From: Phaeosaccion multiseriatum
Taxonomy: Eukaryota; Protista; Ochrophyta, other classes
Direction: 5' to 3'
NCBI GenBank assembly: GCA_965112735.1
Contig: OZ218956.1
Span: 558,001 to 622,000, forward strand
Length of the DNA: 64,000 nucleotides
The notes under the pieces are model-generated. The model saw only the letters and a program-made list of their open reading frames with translations. It did not search any database and had not been told where the DNA came from. Of this stretch, positions 27,141 to 41,071 are shown piece after piece. Each line of letters opens with the position of its first letter. The stretch's first letter is position 1. The position numbers and the translations under genes were made by a program.

Positions 27141-29438
27141 CCCGCCCGCCTTGCTCCTTCACTCACCTGCCCCCGAAGCCGATGCTCGCATTGAGGAACT
27201 TGCTCCCGATACGGTCATCGTAGCCTAACGCTCGAGATACCTCTGTCACGTCCGCGTCAGTGGCCTCACACAGAGCTGAGATGGAGTTGATGCTGCAATG
27301 GGAGGACATGGAATGGGTCGGTTGTTCATTACTAGGCGGAGAGGGGGGGAGGTGTGAGCGGACGTGTCGTGTGTACAGCCCATGAGCCCGCCTACTCCGC
27401 CTACTCCGCCTACTCACCTGCTAACCCTCTGCGCCAGAACGGCGTTGGCCACGAGCTTGGAGAGCTCCGAGGACCACGTGTTGGTAGTCAAAATGCGGTC
27501 CGTCGGCACCCTGTGAGTCACCCGGGGAGGGGCAGCGGACGAAAAGGGGCGTGTGGGTGAGGGGCGAGGAAAGCCAGGACGGGCCAGGACGGGAAAGGAC
27601 AATGGGAGCACAGACAAGAGAGCAGGACAGCTCTGTAGAGCACAACGCTACGTGCATTCCCCTACGGACGGCCCATCAGTTCTCTCCCCTCTCCCGTCTA
27701 CATCACTCTGCCCCCTCTTGCTCTGCTTTGCTCATTGCCTCCCTTCTTCTCTCCCCCACCCCCCTCTGCCGTCCTCTCCTCTCCTCTCCTCTCCTCTCCT
27801 CTCCTGTCCTCTCCTCTCCTCTCCTCTCCTCTCCTCTCCGTACCAATGCGCATACACGTCTACGAGTTTCTGAATCGCCGCCAGCCCTGCCGGGGTCTGC
27901 ATGCCTCCGATGAGCACTCGGCCTGGATCCTGCAGATCCGTGATGGCCGTGCCCTCCGCCAAGAACTCGGGGTTGGACAGCACCTAAGGATGGCAGTGGA
28001 TGGGGTGGGGTGGTAGTGGATGGCAGTGGACGGGAGGAGTCCGCCCAAGGGGGCGAGGTAAAGGCAAGGCAAGTGCAAGGCGAGTAGAACGCAAGGCAAA
28101 TGAGATGATGTGTAGAGGTGGCGGCAGATGGCGGGTCCACCGGAGTCTGTCTGTCTCCACACACTCAGCACGGCACTGTGCATGAGCTAGGGCGTCGGCG
28201 CTCACTTGGAGAAGGAAGCCTCCCCATCAGGCACTGAACGCAGTGAACACGTCTGTACCTACGGCAGTGAACACTTTATGTACGTAACGTACGTAACGTA
28301 CCTGGAAGTCGAGTCCCTTACTGTTGTACGAGAGTACCCTCCGCACTGCGTCGGCCGTCCTCACGGGCACCGTGCTCTTCTCCACCACAATCTTGCCGGT
28401 AGTGGCCACCTAGAGCGAAGGGAGGAGGTAAGGAGAGAGGGAGGGAGGGAGGCAGGCAGGGAGGGAGGGAGGGAGGGAGGAGGGAAGGAACGGAAGGAAG
28501 GAACGGAAGGAAGGAAGGAAGGAAGGAAGGAAGGAAAGGAAGGAAGGAAGGAAGGAAGGAAGGAAGGAAGGAAGGAAGGAAGGAAAGAAAGGAGGGGAGG
28601 AAGGAAGGAAGGATGGAAGGAAGGTAGGAAGGTAGAAGGGGGCAGTCCAGTTTCAGTCACACAAGTCCCCGCTTCACTTTCATCCGTTGGGCACGGGCTG
28701 ACTGACTGTGGTCTTCGCACTCTCACCTCCGCAATCTTGCGGGCGCAAAGCTCGCAGTTCTTCACATTGGCTGCCCTTCCTGCCCCGATACCCTGGACGG
28801 ACACAGAGAGGGACAGACAGCCGAAAGGAGGTGGAGACAGACCGAAGTTGGAGGCGAGAGGGGGGGGGGGAGGGACAGGGATTCATAACGAAGGGAGAGA
28901 GAGAAAGCGACGAAGAGGGACGCTCAGCCGGGAGGGGCTTCTGAAGCCTGAAGGCTCCATCGCCCTTCATGGACAGGAGAAGTGTCAGTCAAGAAGCAGC
29001 TCAGAGAGGGCTCCCTTCTCACCGATGTCTTGGTGGGGGTGTTGACGCTAATGAAGATGATGTCCGCCCTCTCGATCTCTCTGCTCGGAAACGGACCACA
29101 CGAGAGGGAGGGAAGGGAGGGGCAGCGGGCCACACACACACGTGCGTGCATCAATGAGTGTATGTAGCGCACTGACACAAGGGCTCCTGTCCAGGGCAGC
29201 ACAGCGCAAATCTCCCCTCCCCCCCTACTACCCAGGCTCTGGAGTAAGGGGCTCTCCTCTTACAGCCCAGCTACAGCGGCTCACTACATAGCACCTTGCT
29301 CTAGCAAATTGGTGGGCAGATAGACAGAGAGAGAGATACATGGACAGATAGACACAGATAGATAGACAAGACAGAGAGACATAGAGAGACAGATCGACAG
29401 AGAGACAGATAGATAGACAGATAGAACGATAGACAGAG

Positions 29439-29471
<33 letters not shown>

Positions 29472-30022
29472 CACAGATAGATAGATAGATAGATAGATAG
29501 ACAAAGGGATAGAACGATACAAAGGTTGATCGATAGACAGATAGCCTGGCACCCACGTACGTGTCAATGTCTGTGCTGAAGAAGAGGTTCTTGCCCCGTG
29601 TCTTCTCCACCACTTCCTGCAGACCGGGCTCGTAGATGGGCAGCTCGCCACTGCCGGGGTCAGTACAGAGAGCGGGGTATAGACCGGGGGAGGAAGGGAC
29701 GGAGGGGGGGGGACGAGACGAGAGAGGGGGAGGCAAGGGAGGACAACAGAGCTAAGGAGAGAGATGCAATACAAACACAGAAAGAGTGGGTAGGTGGACA
29801 CATCGGATGACAGAGAGGAGAAGGGGGAGAGAGGGGAGGGGGGGGGGGGGGGCAAGGAATGGAGCGCACGTACCTCTTCCACGCGTCAATCTGCTTCTGA
29901 CTGAGGTCCACGACACAGACCCGCACATCTGGACAATTGTCCGCGATGACCGCCATGGTGGGTCCACCAACATAGCCGGCGCCCATACAGCATATCTTGA
30001 GCTTGAATTGAGCTTCAGCCAT
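24928..30022 (-). CDS. UGD: UDP-glucose 6-dehydrogenase, spliced
   Basis: [84 protein letters not shown]; ends ...GKPMPKV* (TAA 24930-24928). Confidence 0.97.
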
Positions 30023-31135
30023 GGTCTATGGTGTCTCCCTTTTCCGCTCAAGGTTCTATCTGTGGTCCTGTCTTCCTCCAGCCACCACTGCTGCTGTGAA
30101 GGCGTGCGAGGCCCGAGCAGCAGAGGAGCAGGAGGAAGAGGGGCGGTGCGGGAGCAAGAACGGGGTGCGTAGGTGTAAAGAGAGTGACGAGGAGAGAAAA
30201 GGGGCAGCAAAATGTAAATGGAGGATGTACATACACCGTCAAATCATGAGTACCCAACATCGAGCACGCGTCGAGCACTTCAGTGGAACAGAAGAAGGCA
30301 TGACATGTACACCAAACCTCCCATGAAAAGGGAGCTTGTTCCATCCCCGCAAGAGGGAGCTCCTTCCCCTCCAGGCGGCTCACACATCTTCTACCCTCCA
30401 AAGATAAGGAACACGACCAGACCTCCGCACGCAGGGAAAGTGCTCATGCAAAGGTTCCCCTAACAACCCTCCCCTGCTGTTGAAATCATGCAATCATCGG
30501 CGCTGGCAAGAGAGGAGTCGCCCTACTGCAAGAGGGAGCGGTCAAGGGGGGAGGAGGATCCGCAAGCATATTCCTCTGCTGCCAAGCACATTGCTCCCAT
30601 GCCAGAGTCACCAGCACCAGCACGAGAATAAGGGATAGAGGGACGACCCATTCTTTGAGAAGAAGCAGCGCTTACCTCACGGATTCCTTCCAAAATAATA
30701 AATGAGCACGACGCTTGAAGCCCCCTGGGGGAATTTATTGGCATATTGTTTACCGCTTGGGTGTGGGCCACCTCCCCCTTCCTCATGCCCACGGATGGGC
30801 GCCCACGTCTAGAGTGCTGCTGCCCTCTTCCTGTACACCACTTCTACCGCCAAGAGCGCTCGTACTCAGTCTTCCCTCTACTGATGAAGACCTCGAGGAG
30901 GAGGCAGCGGGCTCAATTCCTCAACGCGGAATCTCCCATAACACCACTACCCCTCCAGCCTTGAGCATCGGCCCCGCCTCAGTCGAGTAAGCCCTCCCCT
31001 CACTAGTCGAGAGAGAGAGAGAGAGCATTCTAGTCTCCCCTCACAAACGATGGAAGAGAAGCCTCAGTTCCCCTCACAGACGAGGAAGACCATCTCATCA
31101 CCTTTGTCCTCCCTCCTCTCTCCCCTCTGTCCAGC

Positions 31136-31665
31136 CTAGTCGAGGAAGACCTCAATGCCCTCGTACTTGAAACCGTCGGTTATCTCCGTCTCTTCCAGCA
31201 GCACCACACCGTCGAGGGTGAACACTGTGATGAAGGACGTCTGAGAATCGTCAGCCGCGAACTCAGCGCTCTTCAGGGCCACCACAACCTGAGCAGAAGG
31301 ATGGATGGAGGGAGGGAGGGAGGGAGGAGGGGAGGGAGAGAGGGAGGGCAGGAGCACACGACGAGAGGGGAGAGTAAGGTAACGGACCGCACCAAATGCA
31401 CAACAACTGCAACCACTACTGCTACTACTAAATGCTGCTCCTACCCCCTCCCCCCTAGTACTCATCCTACTACAAGTACTACTTATCGCCGCTACCACTT
31501 CTACAGGCATGACTTCTCTTCCCGCCTAAAGGCCCCCGCTTGCACCACAGCCGTACCTGGTCATTGGTTCCCGGGACGAACTTGCACGAGCTGAAGCCCC
31601 GCTCGGGGGTGATGGTGCCCACCTCCCTCACCTCAATGTGCTCGAAGGCCTGGACGGGGAGGGCG

Positions 31666-31716
<51 letters not shown>

Positions 31717-33867
31717 CAGAGAGAGAGAGAAAAGAGAGAGATTAAAGGCGGGGGGGAGAGAGGTGGGGAGCGGGAGTGAGAGAGAGAGAGGGATAGAGAG
31801 ACCAAGGCAGAGAAACAGAGAGCAAAAGACAACAGCACGAAGGGAGCAGGATGGTGTATGTATGGGATGGTGTTAGTACCTCCCTCAAGGCAAGGGGCTC
31901 CTCTCCGATCACGCCACACGCCACACAACCCTCAAGCACCTACAGACACGCGTCTCCTTTCTCAAACACAGACGCCTCTCTCTCTCTCTCTAACACCCGC
32001 AAGGTGCCTCGGACTCCTTCAGTCGGCCTTCCGACCCCATAGCCCCATCGGAGTCGAGCTTGTCCGTCGCTTCCGCGGCCCTACAATCACACAGAGAAGC
32101 CCTCTCTCTCTCTTCTGGGCTGTCCTTCCCACACCCCCACGAGCCTCTCCCTCCCTCCCTCCCTCCCTCCCTTCCTTCCTCCCTCCCTCCCTCCCTTCCT
32201 CCCTTCCTTCCTCCCTCCCTCCCTCCCTCCCTCCCTCCCTCCCTCCCTCCATGCCCATGACACACGGCCCTCCAATGCCCCAGCCGCGTGCGCACCTCGT
32301 CCACTATAAGTATCTTGTTGGTGCCCATGCGCTCGTCCTTTCCATCGTCGTAGGGGTCTTGGCTCAGCCGCCGCGGCAGGAATACCCATTGACGCTGGAG
32401 CGCGCTCCACAGTCCCTGTGCGGGGCAGGAGGAGGGAGAGGAGGAGGAGGAGGAGGAGGGGGGGGAGCAGGAGGACGAGGATAAGAACGATGAAGACGAC
32501 AGACCAGACGGGGAAGGGTTCTGGAGCACAAGAGAGAGTCTCTTCGTGGAGCCAGCATGTGCCCAAGTTAGGCCTGGGCTTGGCATTGGTTCTGGCTGGC
32601 TCACTCGTACCGCTTCGTGGATCATGTACCCAGGGAACTTGGCCCCCGCTGCGTTTCGAAGCTGCACGTATCGCTCCGTCCAGTCCTCGCGACTTGCTCT
32701 GTGTGTGTGCGTGTGTGTGGGGGGGGGGGGGGGGAGATGACGTCAGTCGGGAGATATAGAAAGTTGGCATGAAGGGGCAAAGCCGAGCGGGCAGGCCGAC
32801 GGATGCATAGATGGATGGAGTTCACCGACGCCGAGCTTCGCTGACCTACACGTCACACGGTTACGTAACTCTTAGGATGATTCCCATAAGTCAATATATT
32901 CCCCCCCTCCCTCTACCTACCTGCCTTCCTTGTCCATAATGTCTATCCACATGTTATTGGTGTTGACGACGGTGCCCTCTGAGTTGGTGTACTCCTTGCC
33001 GAAGCTGCCCAGGATGAGCTCTCCGTCCTTCACAGTGGCCCACTCGAACTTCATTCCCTTGGCCACGGCACCATTGCCCTCCCCAAACACATGGCGGGGT
33101 GCGGCCACCCAGGTCGAGTCTTTGTCGTCCTTGTCGGGCCCCATCACCACCTCAAACACAATGCCCGTGCGGTCATCCATGGTCATGACGTGCCCGTTGA
33201 AGTTGACAAGTTCGCTCAACTCCATACCCCTCCCTGCCTCGTTGAGCCCGCTCTTGAGAATGCGGTCGTTGGTCCACTCCACCTCGTACTTCGACCCCTC
33301 GGCACTGCGCTTCAGCCTGCCCTCCTTCATGGGCGCTTCCCACACCTTCTCACTCCTCTTACTCTGCTTGTCGAGGTCGGCAATGAGGATGATGCGGAAG
33401 TCCGAGACTATGTGGGCGTGGGTGTGGGCGGAGGCACGAGGAGAAGGATTGTGGCGCGACAAGAAGAGAGTGGGAGCAGCAGGGAACCGTCAGGTCCATG
33501 TCAAAGGAGGGCGTGGGCCGGCTGCTTCGTCATAAAGATTCTTTCCGCAGAAGGGCACCTTTCTTGAACACATGCTGGTACGCCCATGTTGCTCCCAAGC
33601 TGCCCAAAGAAGCGACGGAATGAAGTTTTAAGTATCACCTTGCACCCCGCTCCTCCCCCGACAGCACTCACCCTTTGCCAGTTCCGCATTCAGATGGACA
33701 AGGTTACCACTCTCTGACCCCACCATCCGCCATAGCAAGGGGAGGCTAAATAATCCCACCACAACGAGCGCCAAGCACACAGCCAAGCTCCGAAGCCGCT
33801 GAGGGTTCTTCTTATCGTACGATGCAAACACCGAGGCGGGCCTCGAGTTGTTGTACTTGGGCAACAT
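31136..33867 (-). CDS. CANT1: Calcium-activated nucleotidase/apyrase (CANT1 family), N-terminal membrane anchor, spliced
   Basis: IADLD, GRGMELSEL, DDRTG, KFEWATVKDG, GSFGKE, GYMIHEA, FLPRR, RGFSSCKFVPGT, KYEGIE then TAG shortly after. Confidence 0.92.
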
Positions 33868-34528
33868 GGCTCTCCGCTACTAAGTGATGATAGTGTTGTT
33901 CCGTTCTTCCTAGAGGTCGCTGTTTGTCATGTTGTTTTTCTCATTGTTCTCGGTTCTTCGCCTGATTTACGTCGTTCCAAGTCCCCTGCCCTTCACCTTC
34001 CCCTCACTACCGCACGACAGCTTCTGGCACAAGCGTAAAGGAAACAATGGAGCAGAGAGGAGTGTCTTCTTTAAGCGAGCAGACAGACACAAGGAAAGAG
34101 AGAGGGAGGGTATTGAGGAGAAGGAAGACGTCGCACATTATTGCCTAGGCTTGGGCCGACCCTCCCTCCCACAAGGGGTTTTCCTCTTTATTCATGCTAT
34201 CTTCGAGTAAGAGAAGAGGACAGTGATATATAGAGCGGAACTATTACTAGATTCGGAAGCAGGAGGAGAAGGACCGGAGGTGAGAAGTAGCATACCTGCA
34301 GACCTGCGTGGCTTCCCATCTTGCTTCAGAAGAGAGGGTCTATCACTTCGGCCCGTTCTCCCGTCTCGGGTACACCGGAGCGGGAAGGGCCGGCGGCGCA
34401 GGAGGAGTGACAAATGACGGGATAGTCCCAAAGATTAGGTGCTCCGGCCGCGGGGGTCCAGAAAGGCGAGCTGGGCAGCAGGACCGAAAGTATTCCATCC
34501 AGCCCTCGAGCTCTGGTCAGGCACAGCA

Positions 34529-37454
34529 ATGTTTGCGGCCAACCCCCTCCTTCCAGCGGAGGCATCCAATGCCATCCTGATGCTCACCATCTCGGCCGGC
34601 TTGGTGTGGCTATACACAGTGTACCAGAGGTGGTGGAACGTGCTGGCGCTGCGGGACGCCATCCCGGACGGCACCTTTGTCCTTCTGCGAGGACTGAGCC
34701 ACCACGTGTCCAGCTTCCACAGCATGACTCGGAGCCATTTAACGGCCCTGGTGCACACCAGACAAGCGGCCCCGCCTCAGGAGGTCCCGCGGCTCAAATC
34801 GCCTTTCTCTATCTCCGAGCCGAAATGCGAGGCCTTGGGCGGAACTGGAAAGGTCGGGGTCTCCTTTGAGGTACGCAACTCTCTCTCTGGGCTTACGCGT
34901 AACTCTCTCGTTACTGGCTGGACTAATGTTGGATCTGCTGGCAGAAGTTGGCCCCCCACTACTTCTCTTCATTCGATTTACCCACTGCGTTCCCTTGTTC
35001 GCTTTGGTGCTGCTGCTGCTGCTGCTGCTGCCGCTGCCGCTGCTTCTGCTGCTCCTACTCTGCTGCATGTGCTCTTCGTCCTCCCACCCCCCAGCTGGAC
35101 AGCTCGGTGCCCTGCTCTGTGCAGCTGGTGTGGGATGTGTCTGACCGGGACCTGGCCGCGCTCATGGGGGTCGAGCCCAAACAGCAGGCCGAGGCCGCAG
35201 GGGGGGACAGGCGCCAGCAGCGGGGGGGCAGCGGGTGGCAGCCACGACACCGCACCTCGCGTAGAGGGTCGGTTCTCCGCTACCGTCCGCCTTCATTAGC
35301 CAATGCCAATACAGCGTCATCTGCTGATAGTGCACCCGCCCCGGCCGATGCGTCGGAGCTGGAGGCAGGGGTGGCATCGTCCATCTCGACCATCGCTTCG
35401 GGAGAGATGGGCGCTGCGGATGGTGGTAGTTCGCTACCTCATTCGTCGCTAGGAGACGAGGAAGAGGCAGGAGCAGCGGCAGGAGGAGCGGCAGGCGGAG
35501 CGGCAGGAGCAGCGGCAGGAGCAGTAGTGACCCCCTCCTCCTCTGCAGAAGAGGTGTCACCGCCGCGAGGCAGAGGAGGATCAGGGAGATGGAGAGCTCT
35601 CGGTGCCGCGAATAGGTCAGTGGGTAAGGCTCTGTCTGCCTGAGAGGGTGTATGGAGAGGGAGGGACAGCACCCACGACTCCGCTGGACCAGTCTGTGCA
35701 GCAGGAGTACAAAAGCATCGGGCATATCCCTCTATGTATCGCGTTGCTGGCATGTGTTGTGTTGTGCATTGTGACTGTGACTGAGGTGAATGTGCTGCCC
35801 CCCCCCCCCCGCCTATGTGTAAACACCCTCCCGTGCCCTCCCTTCTGCACTGAAGATTCGGCATCAGCTTAGGTGGTACCGGCAGCAGCTCTGCCGTGAG
35901 GAGCAGGCCTCCCATCAGGCCTGCCGCTTTCGAGTCGGGTGAGTGAATCGCCCTGTTGTCGCTACTTTGATCGGCGCGCGTGTGTGTGTGTATATGGATC
36001 GCCGGCTTGAGAGGTTGTGACCGAGACGCGGCCCTCCGTCCCCCCTCCCGTCCCCCTTCCCCCTTACTCCTTCCCTCCCTCCCCGGTCTTCTGCTTGCCT
36101 CAACGTATCCTTCGGTCCCGCAGTGCCTCGCATCATGCCTGCGGGGAAGCAGACGTTCACGGCTACGGAAGAAGAGTGTTCCCCCCCGCCGGTGCTGATG
36201 GGGAGAGACTTGTATCGGGCATCCCTTTTTTCGACGGTGACGTCAGTGCCCGCCGCGACGCTCGGCAGTGAAACGGCACCGCTGGTGAGTACTCAGGGCT
36301 TGCTTGGGGGGGGGGGGGGGGCTTTCGCCGCCTGGGACGGTTGGTAGGTAGGCAGGTAGCAAAAGAGTGTCTCGTGTTGTAACACCCCTCTCTCGTCTCT
36401 CTCGCCTCTTCTCGCACAGAACCCGGCGGAGCAGCAGCAGCAGCAGGAGGAGGAGGACCAGGCAGGGCAAGAGCAACAGCCAGAGCCGGAGCCGCAGCCG
36501 GAGCCGCAGCAGCAGCAGCAGCAGCAGCAGCCGCAGCAGCAGCGGCGGCGACGGCGGAATGTCGTGGTGAGACACAACCTCGTGGTGGTGGTCAAGTCGC
36601 TGGAGCCGGAGGGGGCAAGCCATGAGATCGGAGCGCCCACCGGTGGAGGCGAGAGTACGAGCAGCAGCAGCAGCGGCCGAAAGAAGGCCGTGCGACCGTG
36701 GCGCATCAGGAACATGAGCACTGCAATCAAGTACTCTCGACGAGGCCAAGTTTTGCCTGCAGCCCCAGGGGGTCAGGGGCCTCTTCCCGCGAGCGAAGAA
36801 AGAGCCCGAGCGCCAGGGGCAGTGCATATAGCAGAAGCAGCGGCGACGGCGAGAATGGCGGCGATGGAGGGTGATGTGTTCGATGTTCAAATCACCAAGC
36901 AGAGCCTCGCTGTTGAACACCCCAGCTTCTCGGCGGGGGGCGGAGGGGGCAGCGGCAGCAGCGGGATGGAGTGCACGCTGTACACAGTAGGGGAGGTGTA
37001 CGGTATCGACGGTGGAGAGGACGGGGAGGACGAGGAGTGCATCATTTGCTTGACGGACCCCAAGGACACAGTGCTGCTTCCCTGTCGCCACTTGTGTTGC
37101 TGTGCCGAGTGTTTCCCTCACATAGACAAGTGTCCGGTCTGTCGGGCACCTTTTAACGACTACATTGTGCAGCAGCCGAGGGAGGTGGGGGAGGGGGGGG
37201 AGGGGAACGCCACAGCAGTAGGGGCAGGGGCAGCAGTTGGTGATACAGTAGCAGCAGGAGGAGGAGGAACTTCGCACCACGTGTCGCAGATGGCGACGCC
37301 CCCGCAGCAGAGGGCTTTGGAGAATGAGCGGCTGCAGGCAAGCGGCTTCTACGCACAGAGCCACAGCATCCCCCAGCACGATGTCGAGGGTGGCTGTGGA
37401 GAACGAGGAGGAGGGGGGCGGGGGGGGGGGGGGGAGCGACGTGGGTCCTATTGA
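34529..37454 (+). CDS. RING-finger E3 ubiquitin ligase with N-terminal TM (CGRRF1/MGRN1/LOG2-like), spliced
   Basis: Hydrophobic AILMLTISAGLVWLY; EVYG...CIICLTDPKDTVLLPCRHLCCCAECFPHIDKCPVCR. Confidence 0.85.
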
Positions 37455-37759
37455 GGCCCTGTCCTCACCAGCGGGAGGACCTTCGACAGCGCCAGGACAA
37501 GCGGTCCTGTGACAGCGCCACCCTCTCTGCTTAGACGAAAGACTTTTCTTAGTTTTGGCTTAACTTGGCTTTTATTATTTTTGTGGTCTCTATAAAACAT
37601 AAATTAAACGGGCGCAGCAGCCGAGTCTCGAGTGCAACTGCGACGGTTGGTGATACAGGAGGGCTGCCCATCACGCTGCCCACTTCGAGCCCGTTCCAGC
37701 GTATCGGGCGCTCACACTCTTCCTCCCGGTCGCACTCACACTGGAATTCACACTGCATC

Positions 37760-38171
37760 TCACACCGACTGGTAGGCCGGGGCATGTCTAGGCCATGTCT
37801 TGCTGACATAGAACCCTCCTGCTGCGAAGCCAACAGCCGCGCCCACCACTAACACCACGAGTCCTGACGCGGTCATGGAGCCTGCAGCCCCCCCCCCCCC
37901 GGTGGCCTCGCTCTCCCCTGCCCGCGTTGTTGCTGCCTCCCCTCCCACGGCGTCGAGGGCCTCCGTAGCGATGAAGTAGTCTGTGAACTTTTGCCACACA
38001 CGCACGCTCTTCACGGACAATGCGCTGTCTTCTTGCCAAGTGCTGTACACGTCACAGTTACAGATAGAGAAGAGGGGGGGGAGGAGGACACGGTGCCCCG
38101 AGTAAGTCACTCAGTCACACACAACCATCCACCGCCATCCAGTCCATCCGCTGCCATCCAATCCCACCCGT

Positions 38172-38211
<40 letters not shown>

Positions 38212-39310
38212 ACTGACCTGTACCACTCGGCTGTGGTGTTGTGAAACTTCATCATCGCATCTGCGTCGGAGTCCTCCCACGGCTTGTTGTCCTCTCCATC
38301 GGGGAAGTAACCTGAGAGCCCCCCCACGCTCACGTCGATCATGAGGAAGAACTTCTCATCGAAGGGAGCGGACTTGTGTCCGCCCTTCCAAGGGTTGTGC
38401 TGGCCTGTGCCAGAGAGGCCTGCTCGCGCATCGGTGGAGGTGTTGAAGTGGGTGTGGACGAGTTTGTTGTCTTCGTTGTCGACGTAGGTGTACAGCTCCT
38501 TCTCGTTCCACACCAGTCCTGTGGTGCGATGCAATACGTTACAATAGTGTACAAGGGGTACAGGAGAGGAGAGGAGACAAGAGGGGCGAATGAGTTACAT
38601 CCTCCAATACATCACACTTCCCACGTCACTCCCTTCCTCCCTCCCCTCCCCCGCTCCCTCCCTCCCTCCCTCCTCCTCACCGAACAGGTGGAAGTCATCG
38701 TTGAATGTTCCTTCCTCAAGCGTGTATGACCCTGTCTCTGACGTTGTTTGTGTGAAGTGCGGTCCGAAGCGAATAGCGGACTCGACGGTGTCAACGCCCC
38801 CTCCCTTGTACCCAGGGGCGTTACCGCGGCTCTGGACCTGCACACAGGGGTAGTAGAGAATGGAGATGATGTCACAGGAGAGGGTGGGGGGGTGAGTGGC
38901 CAAAGAAAAGAAAAAAGTGGGTGGCAGTGGATGGCAAGACTGGCAGTGGATGGCGAAGCGGACGAGCACAGGGAGGGCCAAGAGGCACATCCGAGAGGGG
39001 CAGAGAAGTACCCGAGGGGGGCAGAGAAGTACCCGAAAGGGGCAGAGGAGTACCCGAGGGGGGCAGAGGGGTGATAGCAGGGAGGCGGTGGGGTGAGCTG
39101 GACTCAGTGACTTACGAGGTCGATCTCTCCGGAGGCGGGCCAGGCGCCGTACAGGTTCTTCTCGGGCAGCAGCCAGATGGAGGGCCGCAGCCAGTCCCCC
39201 TTGGGCAGCTTGGCCTCCACCTCCAGACGACCGTACCTGCACCAAGCGGGCCGCCGCACAACCGCAAGCAACAGCAAGAACAAGAGCAAGAACAACAAGA
39301 ACAACAACAA

Positions 39311-39370
<60 letters not shown>

Positions 39371-39867
39371 GCATACGTGCGTGAGTAAGTGAGTGAGGGG
39401 CGCTCCGCTCCACTCCAAAAACATGTGACGTGGCAGTGAATGCACCGCATCGCGAGCGATAGTGAGATGCTCGCGGATCCCCTCCCTACCCACCGGGATG
39501 GACTATTGGTTCATAATGAACTGAAGTGAACGAGCTACTGACTACTCACTTGAAGGAGAAGCTGCCCACCGTCCTCAGCCGGGCGCTGGTGACGGGGTTG
39601 AGCGCCATGTTGGCTAGCGAGTTGGACATCCGCATGCAGCCGAAGAACTGGTTGCTGGTGCACTGCCATTTGTGTGGAGGGGGGGAGGGGAATGGCAGCG
39701 GATGGGGTTGAGAGAAGCTCACGCACAACCCTCTTTTATTTTGCTCCTTCCCTCCCTCCCTCTTTCTCTCTCTCTCTCTCGCACAAACAGACCCTTCTAC
39801 TTAAGTGTCTTAGTTCTCACTGACCTGGTCCGCGGGCGTTGAGCCCCAGATGTCGAGGCTAGAGTGG

Positions 39868-39930
<63 letters not shown>

Positions 39931-40783
39931 CGTGGGCAAACACGGAAAGCAATGTCTACCACAGGAGGCGGGAAGAGAAGGGAAGTGTGTCCTGTCTGGA
40001 GCAAGCAGGAGAGGCAAGCAGCGAGGCAACGACGAGGCTGTTGCCCTTTGACTTTTGAGAATTTTCCCTTCCTCTCCTCCCCCTATACCTCGTGGGGGTC
40101 TTGCCGGAGACGCCCTCATCCCCAAAAGTGTCCGCGGTGAGCACGGGCTGGATCTTCAGCTGGCCGTCATGGATGAAACTCTGTGGTCGAATGAGGGGGG
40201 GGGGGGGGGTTGGAGTCGTCCGGGGTCGGGGAAGAGAGCCCTCTCGGGGGAGAAGTTTTACTTCGCGTAGAGCGTGACAGCTAAGCACCACTTGGCCTTT
40301 TCTTACCGAGCTGCGATTGTTGGCGTAGTATTGGAACTCCCAGCTGCATGTGTTGGCCGACGCAAGAGGGAAATATGACGGTCAGCATTGTCAAAGGGTG
40401 GAGAACATAAGGGACTCCCAGCTGCATGTGTTGGCCGAAGCAACAGGGAAAGGTGACGGTCAGCAGTGTCAAAGGGCGGAGAACAAAGGGAAAAAAAGCC
40501 TAAGAGGAGGGACAGATTGTACTTACTTGCCCCCCCGAACTCCGCCGGCAGTGAGGTCATGGCTCCAGACGTCGGGGTTGATCTGGAGGGAGAGAGAAAC
40601 GCCATTTAAAGCAATTACGCTTATTTACTTACCTCCGCAACTTCCTCTCACCTTGGCATCCTTGAACTCTTCGTCAAAGATGAGCACCTCCTCCGAGGCC
40701 CATCGATCAGCGAAGTGAGGAGAACCATGAGAAGGCACCAACCATAGTGCCAGAAGCACGCTGAGGACTGCTGGGCTCATCAT
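37760..40783 (-). CDS. GH16 beta-1,3-glucan-binding/laminarinase-like type I membrane protein, spliced
   Basis: Signal peptide MMSPAVLSVLLALWLVPSHG; LIFDEEF, GGNWEFQYY, NPVTSARLRT, YGRLEVEAKLPKGDWL, YGAWPASGEIDLVQSRGN, APFDEKFFL; C-terminal TM and YQSV tail. Confidence 0.92.
39265..39370. repeat. (CAA)n intronic microsatellite
   Basis: Direct observation. Confidence 0.95.
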
Positions 40784-41071
40784 TTATCGAGTGTGAAATC
40801 GAGAGCGAAGGGAAGAAGGAGGAGGGAATGGGAAAAAGTCTCGTCGCGGAAACGCAAACAGGTTTTTTCCTTTTTCCCTGCCGTCGAGGAAGTACATGCC
40901 GTCGAGGAAGTATATAAGATAGTGAGGATTGTGAAGGGCAGGAGGTGGGGAGAAGATTGGGTTCATCTAAAAGAACGAGAAACTTGGAAGGAGGGAAGGT
41001 GTTCCCTGTGTGGGTAATGCAGCGACGCATAGTAACGCAGTAGGGCGTGCGTGTATAGAGGGGGGGGGGTG

